Source: Heteronotia binoei (lineage: Eukaryota). Taken from it: a DNA stretch of 64,000 bases. The first letter of the stretch is position 1. The number at the start of each line of letters is the position of its first letter. The notes beneath the pieces were generated by a model. It was given only the letters and a program-made list of their open reading frames with translations, made no database searches and was not told the DNA's origin. The position numbers and the translations under genes are program-made. Below, piece by piece: positions 25,421 to 36,900 of the stretch. The stretch covers positions 42,718,001 through 42,782,000 of the forward strand of contig NC_083237.1 in the NCBI RefSeq assembly GCF_032191835.1. The letters are read 5' to 3'.

Positions 25421-26433
25421 ACTGTCTCCGTCCCATGGCCCGGGCGGAAGCCGGACTGGAATGGATCTAAGGAGGAAGTGTCATCCAAGAAACCCTGTAA
25501 CTGCAACGCCACAGCCCTCTCAATAATTTTGCACTGACTTAAAGCTGGTAGTCACACTGAGTGAAATTCACTTCTGCATATGCATATACACTATTGTTCA
25601 GATTCCCTGTTAGTTGCATGCAACCCTTTCTGCTAAGAGTCCTTCTAAGTTTTTAGCTGAGAGGGAATGTTGAGGGAGATTCTCATAGGTTTCATGTCTT
25701 ATTTTGAGGTATCAGTGGAAAATGAAATATGAGAATGAGGGGTTGACAACATAATGTCTTATGTGAAATTACAAACTAGGGGCGTGCTTCAATCCCTTTC
25801 CTTTTCAAAAACCCTTGAAATGTTATGTCTTATAGTTTAAGCAATAATTCAAGGTATTTGAGCCTAAACTTCTGTTCTGGAGTGCATGGAAATTGTACTT
25901 TAAGCCACAGCTTAATTTCCACACCATGTAGGCAGTAAACATGTTCAGTTTCACATATTATGCCTGTTTATAAATTATAAATTATCCCATGCATTATGCC
26001 TGCTTAATGNNNNNNNNNNNNNNNNNNNNNNNNNNNNNNNNNNNNNNNNNNNNNNNNNNNNNNNNNNNNNNNNNNNNNNNNNNNNNNNNNNNNNNNNNNN
26101 NNNNNNNNNNNNNNNNNNNNNNNNNNNNNNNNNNNNNNNNNNNNNNNNTAAGAAAAATACAAAACAATAACAAACAGTAACCTTGTGAGGCACATTAGCC
26201 TGAGGGAGTGTGACTGGCCCAGACAGCCATGCAGCATGAGCTTCATCACAGAGTACAGGTTTCAACCATGCTCCTAGTTTAATTTTCCAACCTCTTGCAG
26301 CACACTGGATTGCATATTTCAGCTCCAGGCAGCTGCTTTGAAGATGGGGGACAGGCCATAGGCAGAAGTTCCCAGATCAACCCCCAGCATCTCTAATTAA
26401 AATCATTGGGTAGTCTGTGATGGGAAAGACCTT

Positions 26434-27196
26434 GGGTGCGGTCACACGTCACATTAAAAGTGGGTATGTAGCACTCAAATTTCAACCGCTGAATATTGAT
26501 TCGATGCAGGGACGATCAGACGAGCATCCAAGAATGCGACTCATTCTGTTGTTGAGCGATCACACATCCAATACTATCATGCTCTTTTCTTGGCGCATGC
26601 GTGATTTCTGGGAGGGGGGGTCCATTGAACATGCACCCAACTGTTTGGAGGTGGGAAATCAAATGTTGCTTCAGAGGTGGGGGAGAGGGGAAAGTTTCCA
26701 GAATTAACATTGCTGATTCAAACCAGGGAATTGCCAGGAATTACTTTCCTAGAAATTGGCAGTGACAATGGAAATCTGGAAATCCTCCACATTGAAAAAA
26801 AAAAAGATTTTTTTCCTGTTCTGAATAGTGGGATAATGTCCCCCCCCCCCCCCCCGATCCTGTGTTGATTGGAGAAGCAGAAGTGTCACCTCATATTCCT
26901 GAATGATCTGGCAATGCGCATGTCTGCTGGGGCTTTTTTTTTTTTTAAAGGTGGGAGGGGCGGTAAACATTCCAAGGGGCAGAATCACGCGTGAGCTGTC
27001 CAAACAGGAAAAAACCAATCTTGTGCTGCTTCTTTGAAAAAAGGCCAGACTTTCTGCGCTATCAAATTAATGCGGCATTGATCCACAGCAAGCCGGGATG
27101 ACATTCAATTGCCAGATGTGGATGTCTGGATGAACATATTTAATCCATCAGCGAGACAGAGCTGTGTCACCACTAATGGTACGTCTGACTGCACCC
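26434..27196. mobile_element. PIF/Harbinger-like non-autonomous element
   Basis: TIRs gggtgcggtcacacgt / acgtctgactgcaccc, 3-bp TSD CTT on both sides, no transposase. Confidence 0.65.
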
Positions 27197-30100
27197 CTTG
27201 ACTAGCATCTCTGGAGAACTACTGCCAGTTAGAAGAAGCCATTTTGAGCACGATGGGCCAAGAATCTGATAGCATAAGGCAGCGTTCCATGACATCTAGG
27301 TGAAAAGCTGTGGTTCAGTGTTATGTGCACAAAGTCCCAGTTCAACCCCGCACCCAGAAAAGAAGTGTTGCCAACTTAAGAACATAAGAGAAGCCATGTT
27401 GGATCTGTAACATAGTGGCCAAAACCTGGAGATCTCCAAGAATTACAACTCATCTCCAGACTCCAGAGATTAGTTCCCCTGGAGAAAATGGCAGGTTTGC
27501 CTGCTGAGGTCCCTCTCACTCCAAACACCACCCCCAAATCTCCAGGAATCTCCCAAACTGAAGCTTAGAGCTCTAGGTGTCAGATAATATGTGATGTGAA
27601 AGACGTCTCCCTGAGACTCTAGGCAGCCACTATTAGTCACAGAAGACAATACTGACCTTGATGGAACAAGGCTATGACTCAGAATAAGGTAGCTTAACAT
27701 ATTTGTGTATATAAGGAAGAAAACTTTTTTAAAAATCATGAATGCAAACAGAATAAAATTTCTGTGAATATACAATAGGAAGGGATCGTATACCACCCTG
27801 AGTGAGACTGAGTAGGTTGATTATATGGTAGATGGATAATCAGCTTTATAAACACCATACCAGATTCTGATCATGAACATTTTGGTGACATGAAAGTTTT
27901 GGCCCCTTCAGCTATGCCTATTTTGTTTATATCAAAATGAAAAGTGTATTGTTCTATGAAGCCTCTGGTGCTTGAATTTTTTTTTTTAAAAAAAAAACCC
28001 TTTGTATAGTGTACAAAGAAACCATCTGTTATCTGGCACATTGAAGGCTTTTTAGAAAACGTTGACTTGGTGAAGAGAAGACCCTATCCAGACCACCAGT
28101 ACAGCATTCTCAGGTGGTTGAACATAGCGATGGGGGGGGGGTCGTCAAAGTGGAAAACCCACCAAGCATATCTCTCAAGATATTTCAAATGTTGTGGTTT
28201 TCTTCACCACTGTGGTTTCCACCCTTTGTGAGAAGCATGTATGCAGCTGTGTACGGGGAATATGTTTTGCTGAACTTAGCAGGTGGTTCAGTAAAGTGAG
28301 TGGAAGTTTACAGTCAAAACATTCTTGTCCCATTTTTTTTTTTTTTTTGCATCCTGAAGGCCTATCATCAATGTGAGGAAGCATCATATTTATAAACAGA
28401 AGCAGATTTGAATAAAAGCTATTCCTCTCTGTTTCTCTTATCAGACTCATCAGCAGGATTTGATACAGCAGGCCATGTCATCCTGTTGAAATGCTTGGAA
28501 GTAGGATCAGTGATTAAGAAATTGGATTGGTTCAAATCATTGCTTAAAGGCAAGACATTTTTACAGTGTAGGATCTGCTGTCAGGCCTCCCCCCTGAGTA
28601 CTCAATAAACAGTCCATAGTATTTCTCATGGTTCAATTTATTAAGAATTTCAGGTGAGATATACCCCAGACCTCGGTCTGAGCCAGAACTAACATTCATC
28701 AATAATATAGGTTCAGCAAAAGGCACAGCATAGTGCCCTCCCTCCCTTGTTAACTTTTCCCAACCACTGCTTTGGACTTTTGGTTTCCCTTCCCATCATG
28801 TCCAAAATTGCAGTCTTGATACAATGTTCCCAGGCAGTGGCCTCCAGACACAATATCCAGGCCCAGCAAGCAGGTGCGAAGCATGAGAAACAATAGACAA
28901 CAACAGTTGTAGAAATATGCAGTAGAAAGACAAGTACAGTAAATCAGTAACCCTTTCATGGCAAACCTTTGACATCTGCCTTGTTTGGTTTCAGTGTACT
29001 CAGTCTTGTTCCCATGCTATTCAATACTTATGTAAAGGCCAACTATTTTAGCTAAGTGGCTTCCTTTTCTGGATTACTGCCTGGTCCTTTTTAACTGAAG
29101 ATGTCAGGGAGTGAACCTGGGACCTTCTGCATGCCAAGCAGAGGCTCTGCCACTGAGCCATAGTCCCTTCCCATGTTCAACCCACTAGGACTGGGGAGAC
29201 CTGGGTTCTTATAAACTATGGTAACTTGAAACTTTCAATTTAGGCAATGAAAGTAGTCCCTGAAAACTATTTGTATAGCTGAGGCCAATATGTAAAACTA
29301 TAAGGTAACACAGTCCCTTAAATACTATGTCGTAGAGTTTAAACAGCCCTTATCCAGCTCACAAAACCACAGTTTACGTTTCAGTCAATACCAGAAAAGT
29401 CAAGCATCAACTACTCAGTTGTTTGGTTCCTTCAATTTTTTTCCATATTCTCTGATGTAAAATGCTATGGCCAGAGATAATTCAATTTGAAACTGAAATC
29501 TTTATTTTTATAGTTCCATTGTGATACCTTTTTGTAACATAGAAATGAGAAGCGATGCAGCACACTTGGAAGATTCTTTTCAATCCATATTTATCTCAGT
29601 AATTCTCCCTTTGTTATTCAGCTGTTGCACAAGATCCAAGTGTCTCTAATCAAACACGTACTTCCTCTCAAAGAAAATTCTGCTCAAAAGCTTGTAATAA
29701 TGTAGAAACTAATGCCTTCAATATAAAAGTTTGCCTTTTTTCAATCCTTATTTAGGACTTAGGTGACTCTCACGCCTTCTAGTAAATGAAGGGCATTATG
29801 GTGGTCAGTCCCCTAGTAAAATTCTTACTGTTAGATTTACTACTAGAGGAAAGACTGCAGAATTTCTTGAGTGTCTACCTGGGAAAAATCAAATTGACCT
29901 GGATAGTGACAATGTATAAGTGATATGTATGACCTCATGTACAGAATGAGCAGTGACCTCTACACAAGTTTTTTCCAGTACACATTAGCACCATTTTGTC
30001 TGAAAGGTGCAGCAGTGAAACCACACATGGTAAGAAGATATGCATCACATTTAACCTTTATGTATGGTTAAACATAACACCTGAAAAGGCTCTGCATACA

Positions 30101-30230
30101 GTACTTAGTATTAAGACTTGATTTATACCTTTGTTAAATAACTATTAATCATATCACTCTGTTTAAAAAAACTTACAGAAACATGCACAGGAATTATCAG
30201 CTCCTCTTGGCCTTTTTGTTTGTAATCAAC

Positions 30231-31204
30231 TGTAAGCCAAAATGCCCACAAACGAGGTTGGAGAATTGACAGGTGGGCACCTTTGGCTTAAAAAGGATCT
30301 AGAATCTATGTATACAAGATTCCACTTCCTGAAATTATTGCTTAAATCTACCAAGGAAATTAATTAAGTAAAACAATTAAAAAATTATTACAGAAAAATA
30401 TAGAACAAACATACAAGGTAATGAATACATACAACACACATACAGTCCTAATAAAAATAGGGAGAAATGCAGAGATAACACAAGGATGGACAAACAGGGT
30501 GATAATTAGCGATTGTAGTCTTCGAGGAAGGCTCCAATGGCGACAAACGAGGACGATGGGGAAGAGGACCTTCAACTGGCCAAGAATCAGGGATGTATCT
30601 AAGCAGCAGGAATGGGGTACTGCTAGATCCACACCTGTGGGTAGTTGGGACTGTGGTTATAAGGACTACCTTGAGCCCTTAGGGGGTAGGAGATACAGGG
30701 GCGGATGACAGGTGGTCAGCTGGTACACGACCTCAGAAAAAGGGGAGGCTCCACAATGACCATAAGGGCTGGACTTATGTGGTAGCCAATAGCCAGTTTA
30801 TTGGGTGCACCTGATTGGATGCCCATACCTGGCCAATGAGCACACTTGGCCCTGGTTACCTGATTGGACTTCCAGGTAACAATGGGCCAAAAAGGGGAGG
30901 CTCCAGGATGACTATTAACCGCTTGCCCGGACAGTTCCTGGTGGTGCAACTTCTTCCACTGCAACGGCCGAGATGGTGATCACACGGAGTGACTGAAAAC
31001 CTATCTGTTCTCCTGGTTAGCACTCTTCCAGAGACACGGAGTGCTGCTGCAATGTTGTGGCTGTTAGCACTCACATAAGTCCCTTACAGTCTAGTAGACA
31101 AAAATCATGTTCTCCTGGCAAATGTGTGTGAGCTGAGTCTCCAGGCACCCTGGCAACCAAACGGGTGACTATGATGTTCTGAAATTAGGGGTCTTTTCCT
31201 CACA
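30231..31204 (-). mobile_element. Second copy of the long solo-LTR-like element (internally deleted)
   Basis: Reverse-complement match to 12525-13855 at both ends; flanks caac/aaac. Confidence 0.6.
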
Positions 31205-31532
31205 AAACAAGCCCATAGCTATGAGGGGGCCTGTGGGGGCACAGCCCTCCCACTTCTGGATGGGGCCCCCACCAGCATGCAGGAGCTCTGGTCTCCTTCC
31301 CGCCGCCCTCCCTTCCCTGGCACCAAAATCCTATGCGGGGGTGGATGGCAGAAGCATCCCCCAGCCAGTTAAAGGACCCGTTGATCAGCTGATCCATGGG
31401 CCCTTTAACTGGCACGGAAGGCTGGGACTGCTTCTGCTGCCCGTTAGCCCATGTGCGCTATTTGAGTGGCAGGGAAGGGAGGGCAATCCCTTCCTTCCCT
31501 GCCACCAGGCCTGACCTGTGGAGTTCTCCCAC

Positions 31533-31910
31533 CAGCGCTGGAAAGAGGAATTGCCATTTTTCCTTGGCTTTAAAGCCAAGAAAAAACATTTGTCAGTTTC
31601 TCTCTGAAGCACTCGCCGAGTTCAGCCAGTGCAGGAGAGGGGAATCGCCATTTTCCCTTGGATTTAAGGAGGGGGTTCCCCCCACCCCTTAAAGCCAAGG
31701 AAAAACACTTGTCAGTTTCCCTCTGCAGCACAGGGCCGAGTTCAACCAGAGCAGGAGAGGGGAATTGCCCTTTTTCCCTTGGCTTTAAGGAGGGGGGACT
31801 CCCCCCTCCCCTTAAAGCCAAGGAAAAAATACTTGTCAGTTTCCCTCTGCAGCATGGTCCAAGTTCAGCCAGTGCAGGAGAGGGGAATTGCCATTTTTCC
31901 TTGGCTTTAT
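31533..31910. repeat. ~120-bp tandem array with internal hairpins
   Basis: Units start near 31535, 31633, 31753 and 31877 (ggagaggggaat...). The two complete units contain ttttcccttggctttaaggagggg...ccccttaaagccaaggaaaaa. Confidence 0.85.
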
Positions 31911-32547
31911 AGGCCCCCCAACCTTCCAAATCCTGGCTACAGCCCTGGTAATCAACAAAACAATGAGAATGCGGCCCTCCCCGACCGCGCCGCCGCAGGT
32001 GGCTGTGGGCGGGGGCCGTGTTTGCCTCCCCGGATGGAGCGAGGCAGCGCTTCCCGCCCATACGGGGATTTGCAGGGCGGGGGCTGGGGCTTTATAAGCC
32101 CAGCCTCGCCCTCCTACACGCACTTCGCCGCGTGTTTTGGTCTTACCAGATCGGGCTCTCGTCTTTTTTCCCGACGAGGCCTGTGGCGGCGGAGGCAGTT
32201 AGCTGTTCCTCCTTGGCTTGACTTCGGAGCTTTGGCGTGCCTCTCTCTCAGCAGAGCCGTCCTTCGAGCTGCCTTGCCTTGCGTAGCGGCAGCGCGCAAG
32301 CCGCACCTTGCTTTTCCTCGCGTTGTTTTCGGCTGCTCCAGCTGATCGTCGGGGAGAGGTCGGGCTGTATAAGCGGCGTTCGAGCAGGCTTGTTTGAGCC
32401 GCGGCCTGCTTCTTGCGGCGGCGCGCGAGCCGCGCCTTGCTTTTCGGCCCAGACTCAGTCTGCTCCAGCCGGTCGCGGAGCGAAGAGGCGGTAAAAGCGG
32501 CTTTTGAGCTGCTGGGGTGGGGGGGCTTCCCTTGTTCCCTTGAGATT

Positions 32548-32759
32548 GGGAGGGACGGTGGCTCAGTTTTAGAGCACCTGCTTTGTTAGCAGTAGGTCCC
32601 AGGTTCAATTCCCAGCATCTCCAACTGAAAAGGGTCCTAGGCATGTAGGCATGGAAAACCTCAGCTCGAGACCCTGGAGAGCTGCTGCCAGTCTGGGTAG
32701 ACAGTGCTGACTTCGATGGACCCTGGGTCTGATTCAGTATATGGCAGCTTCATACGTTC
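32548..32759 (+). mobile_element. tRNA-derived SINE (Squam3-like) inside the Ngaro element
   Basis: gggagggacggtggctcag...ggttcaattccc...ggcagcttcatacgttc; same family as 45289-45498. Confidence 0.85.
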
Positions 32760-33036
32760 TCCATATTTTCTCTGTGGGTCTGGGGCTGGTGCCTCTGGGC
32801 TTCCTTGAAGTCGGGTGGGGACTGATTCAGTAGAAGGCAGCCTCATTTTGTAGGGGGTTGTCCCCCCCCCCTTTTTGCTAGGAGTTCTTTCTTGGCCTGG
32901 GTTAGCCTGGTGATTTGAACTTAGCCTGGTTGGGCAGCGGCAGCCCTTTACTATCCCTGGTGTTGGGACAATGCCTCCCAGGCATTCGGGCTGCAGGCTT
33001 ATTGCTCAGTGGGGCTTTCAGCCTGCTGTTTGGAAA

Positions 33037-34270
33037 TGGCTTCCAAAACGGCTAGGGGACTTCCAAGGGCAAGTAGCCTGCTAAGGCACAGGGTAAAAGG
33101 CCTGTCCCCTCCAGGCCCTGGGTTTGAGTAGGAGACCAACACCTGGCTGCCCATTGTTGAATGTTTGTCCGCTCTGGAGTGCCAATACTCGGATTCTGAA
33201 GATGGGTGGGTTCCTGCTGAGGCCCCTGCGCGTCCTGTGGATTGCAGCGCTGCACCTGTTGTGCTTGCTGTGGCGTACCCGGTCAAAAGGTAAGCTGGAT
33301 GGGCCTGGGCCGATTGGCGCTTGGCCTTGGGGTGTGCGGCCCCACTTTTTCAGCCTGCAGCTTCCCTGCTGGCAACCGCGGGTGGCCCATGTGCAGCTTC
33401 TGGGTCCTCGGGATCCACGGCGCCAACTGACGGTTGGGGAACTTGCGGGCAGGGACAGATTCTCCCGTGGGGCGCTACGTTTGCCTCCTCAACGCCCAGT
33501 GCTATGTCTATGTCCCAAGGGTTTAGAGGTCAGGTCACGCAGGGTGGACCTTTGCCATGGGCCAGTTGTGGGTAGGTCTGGCCTCTCGATTGGCCCTGCA
33601 CCTCCAGCTGTTTTGGGGGTTGCCCCCCCAGCCTTATTGGGGTCGGTCCCGTTTCAGTGTCGCCCCCGTTGGGGTCACGGCCGGGTCGCCGGGTGATCAC
33701 TTGATGGTGGCCACTTGCGAGAGGATATTTAAGGGCGTGTATGTGGCGTCTTTGGCCTTCTTATAGGGAACTGGAGAAGTAGGATAAAGATGAACTGGAT
33801 GAGAGGGACAAGGAAAGGATTAAACGGAGGAAGGTGGAAAGAAATTGGGTTAACTGGTAGCCCGGATTTCTGATCTATGCTGGTGTTATAGCGCGTGCAC
33901 AGCCTTTATGGGCTGCACCGCTATTCCAGTATTGTGATATTGTCTGCAAGGCGTATACGGACCCCTCGGGTGCTGCATGGTTGCAGTTCGACTAGGAGTT
34001 CCGGATGAGGGCTGCCCTCCACCCTTCTATGCCTTGGGTCCAAATTACTCAGCAGCTTTGGCTGCAGCACATGTCCCCCGCTAAGCCTAATGCCGGGGAC
34101 AGGTCTGACAGTGGGCACCTGGTTAGTAGGCAGGCTGGTCCGTCTGGTCCCCGCATTTGCGCGGGGTAGTCGGCCAACCCCGGCTCTTGTGCTGGGAGTA
34201 CTCGTCCCGGGAGGTTTGCAATCGTAAGACCTGCAAGTACAAGCATGAGGCCCACTGTGTGGGGGTCGCA
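33037..34270 (+). pseudogene. Ngaro gag-like ORF1 (disrupted)
   Basis: Fragments NWVNW*PGFLIYAGVIARAQP, AWLQFD*EFRMRAA and CWEYSSREVCNRKTCKYKHE (CCCH-like finger); stops and frameshifts. Confidence 0.7.
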
Positions 34271-34329
34271 TGCCTTGTCTGCATGCAGCAAGCCCCAGCC
34301 CCTGAGTGGCACCAGGAGGCTCGGGGAGG

Positions 34330-35330
34330 GGGACGGAGCCCATGGTTCTGGTAAAGGGTCCCAGCCCCATCAAAGTGAGAGTTCTCATCAAAATGTTAGC
34401 CAGCTACCCTAGGGTAAGCAATAGAGATTACTTACGTGAAGGTTTTTGTTTGGTTCATCCCATTAGGGTCCTCGTGGACCCTGTATGGCAAAGAATTTAT
34501 TGTCTGTAGTGGTATGGAGTGAGTTGTTAGAGAAAAGATTTCAAAGGAGAGGGCCGAGGGCAGGGTGTCGGGCCCTTTCGATGCCTCTCCTGTTCCTAAG
34601 TTGCGGGTTTCACCTTTGGGTGTGGTTCCCAAAGGCCCCTGGTGAATTTCGGTTACTTCCCTACTTATCTTTCCCTAGGGGTGGGTCGGTGAATGACCCT
34701 ATTCCCGATTTCCGTTCCACGGTCCGATATACGTCCTGCGACCAGGCTGTCAAGGTCGTCCGGCGTGGGTGGACTTGCGCTCAGCTAGCTAAGTGCAACA
34801 CAAAGTCTGCATTTCGCCTGTCACTGGTTCACCTGGATGATGTTGAGCTCCTGGGCTTTATGTTCGACGGCAAGTTTTTACCGGGACCGGGCACTGCCCA
34901 TGGGGTGTGCTGTTTCGTGTTCGGCTTTCGACCGTGTTAGCACTTTCTTGGAATCGATGTGCAGATGATGTCCGACGCTGCTGGTACTGTTGGTTTTGGG
35001 GTCTATTTCCGTGGCCGATGGTGTGCTGAGTTGTGACCCGCCACGTGGTTGGATATGGCCTTTGCCGTAATTCAACGTTTTAGAATTTTCCTAATCGCAG
35101 TTGCGGTGCGATTGGGGGTAGGATTTGGCCAACCATGTTGTTCACTGTTGGTGTGACTACATGGCTGTGGTCTAGGTGATTTACTCCCTCATGCCCAAGT
35201 CGGTCCCGGTTATGTTCCTTGTTCGCTTTTTTACCTTGTGTTGTGTAAGGTTAAACATTTTGTTCCTTTGCCACGCATTGCCCGGTGTGCAACGGGGTCG
35301 CGGACGCGTTGTCGCATCGTTAGATGGAGC
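34330..35330 (+). pseudogene. Ngaro reverse transcriptase/RNase H (internally deleted)
   Basis: KAPGEFRLLPYLSFPRGGSVND and LAKCNTKSAFRL..LLGF..DGKF, then a jump near 34953 to RNase H MSDAAGTVGFGVYF. The YxDD region is absent. Confidence 0.85.
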
Positions 35331-35389
35331 GGTTTCGACTTATCGCACCAGGGGCGGACCTCCTGCCGGCTCGGATGCCCCCAGAGATG

Positions 35390-36280
35390 TGGCGGCTTGG
35401 AGAGTCGAGGCCAACCGGGCCAGGATGCTTTCCCTAACCCCCTCTATCCGCAAGGTCTATGATCGCTCTGTTGAGCAGTTCGGCCTTCAGTGAGCAGGTA
35501 GTATTGGCAGACCTTTGGCCGATTCCGGCGGCTCATCTCATGCAGTTCTGCGTTGAGCTGAAAGGTAAGTGGTTGGTGGTAAGGACCATTTGAGCCAAGT
35601 CGGCTGCACTGGCGTTCACCAACAAGGTGAAGGGGTCATCTGACGCCTCTGATGATTTAGAATTCGTAAAATATTGGAGGGCGGGGCCCGTGAGCAAGGC
35701 TCGCGGCCTGATACACGGCACCCCCCCCCTTCGCCTGACATCATTGCCAGCGGTTTGTTTTTTCCCTAAACTCGAGGCTGTTTTGCTTCAGGCAGCCGCC
35801 ATGACCGCCTCCTTTTGGTGCGCTTAGAGTCAGGGAGTTGGTGGTCCGCTCGCTGAAGGATTGTTCTGGCCGAGTTCTCCATGCTGGAGATGTTAAAAAT
35901 TACTGGGGACTCCGCAGCCTTAAGGGTGCGTGGGTCTTGGACTGACCAGAGGCAGCGGGACGTCACGATTACATAGGGCTCGTGCCATGGTCGTGATCCA
36001 GCCCTGTTTTAGCTTTGGCCGAGACATTGCTGTGCAGGGTACTATGCCGGCCCCCCCCTTTTTTCCCGGCACGAGGACGGGTCCTCGTTAACTACAGTCC
36101 AATTTTGGTCCGTGACCAGCCACGCCTCGGACAGGCTTGGGCTGTCGGGATTTTGGTCTGGGACCCATTTATTTGGGTTGGGGCGGCATCAATTCCTGCA
36201 GCCATGGGGTCATTGGGCCGGCCATTCAACAGGTTGGGAGATGGCGGTCCCCGGCGTACATGGACTACGTTCGTCCTGTG
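35390..36280 (+). pseudogene. Ngaro tyrosine recombinase (disrupted)
   Basis: FGALRVRELV (catalytic Arg), a degenerate HSFRIG box (GTHLF/WVGAAS) and IQQVGRWRSPAYMDYVRP (catalytic Tyr). Confidence 0.85.
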
Positions 36281-36344
36281 TTGCCTGGCGAGTTTTGCTG
36301 GGTTTCACATTGTTATTTTCTCTGTTACAGGTGCTGTGGCGCAG

Positions 36345-36900
36345 GGCGAGAGGCAGAGGATACTGATCGCCGGCCACGGCATGGTTTTGGGGCCGCCCTC
36401 CAAGCCCGACTCGAGTTTGGGTTCGCAGTTGGGGCTTAGTGATGGGCGGCCGTTGAGTGGCAGGGCCGTCGGGGCCTTCGCTGGGACGGGCTCCTGCCAC
36501 TCTTGTTTTGGGGAGGAATGGTCCTCCGCCACTCACCTTGCTTATTCTCCTGGGAGGCAACGATTTGGGCCTGGTGCAGGGGAGGGCCCTGTCACTTTGG
36601 CAGTCGTTGGCCTCAAGGTGATCCGGAGCAGGTGGCCCGAGGTGCGGTTACATTGGTCCGCCATTCTTCCACGGCGGGTGTGGTGAGGGCTTAGGACCCC
36701 CTTTTGGGTTGAGAGAGCCAGGCGCAGGGCCAGCAGAGCGATCCGGAATGCGCTCCGAGGGGGCCTTTGCCTTTTTGTTTCACACCCGGCCATCAGGTCG
36801 GACCGGGCGGACCTGTACCGGCAGGACGGAGCCACCTGTCCATTTCTGGGAACAGGGCATTTTTGGGTCGAGTTACAGCTGGGGCTTCGGCAGGCTTTAG
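36345..36900 (+). pseudogene. Ngaro SGNH-hydrolase-like ORF (disrupted)
   Basis: RILIAGHGMV (block I, Ser replaced by Gly), QLGL...VEWQGRRGLRWDGLLP across frameshifts, and LYRQDG..HLS. Confidence 0.7.

Noticed and set aside
21603-26265. ORFs containing X runs
   Set aside because: Artefacts of translating through N gaps.
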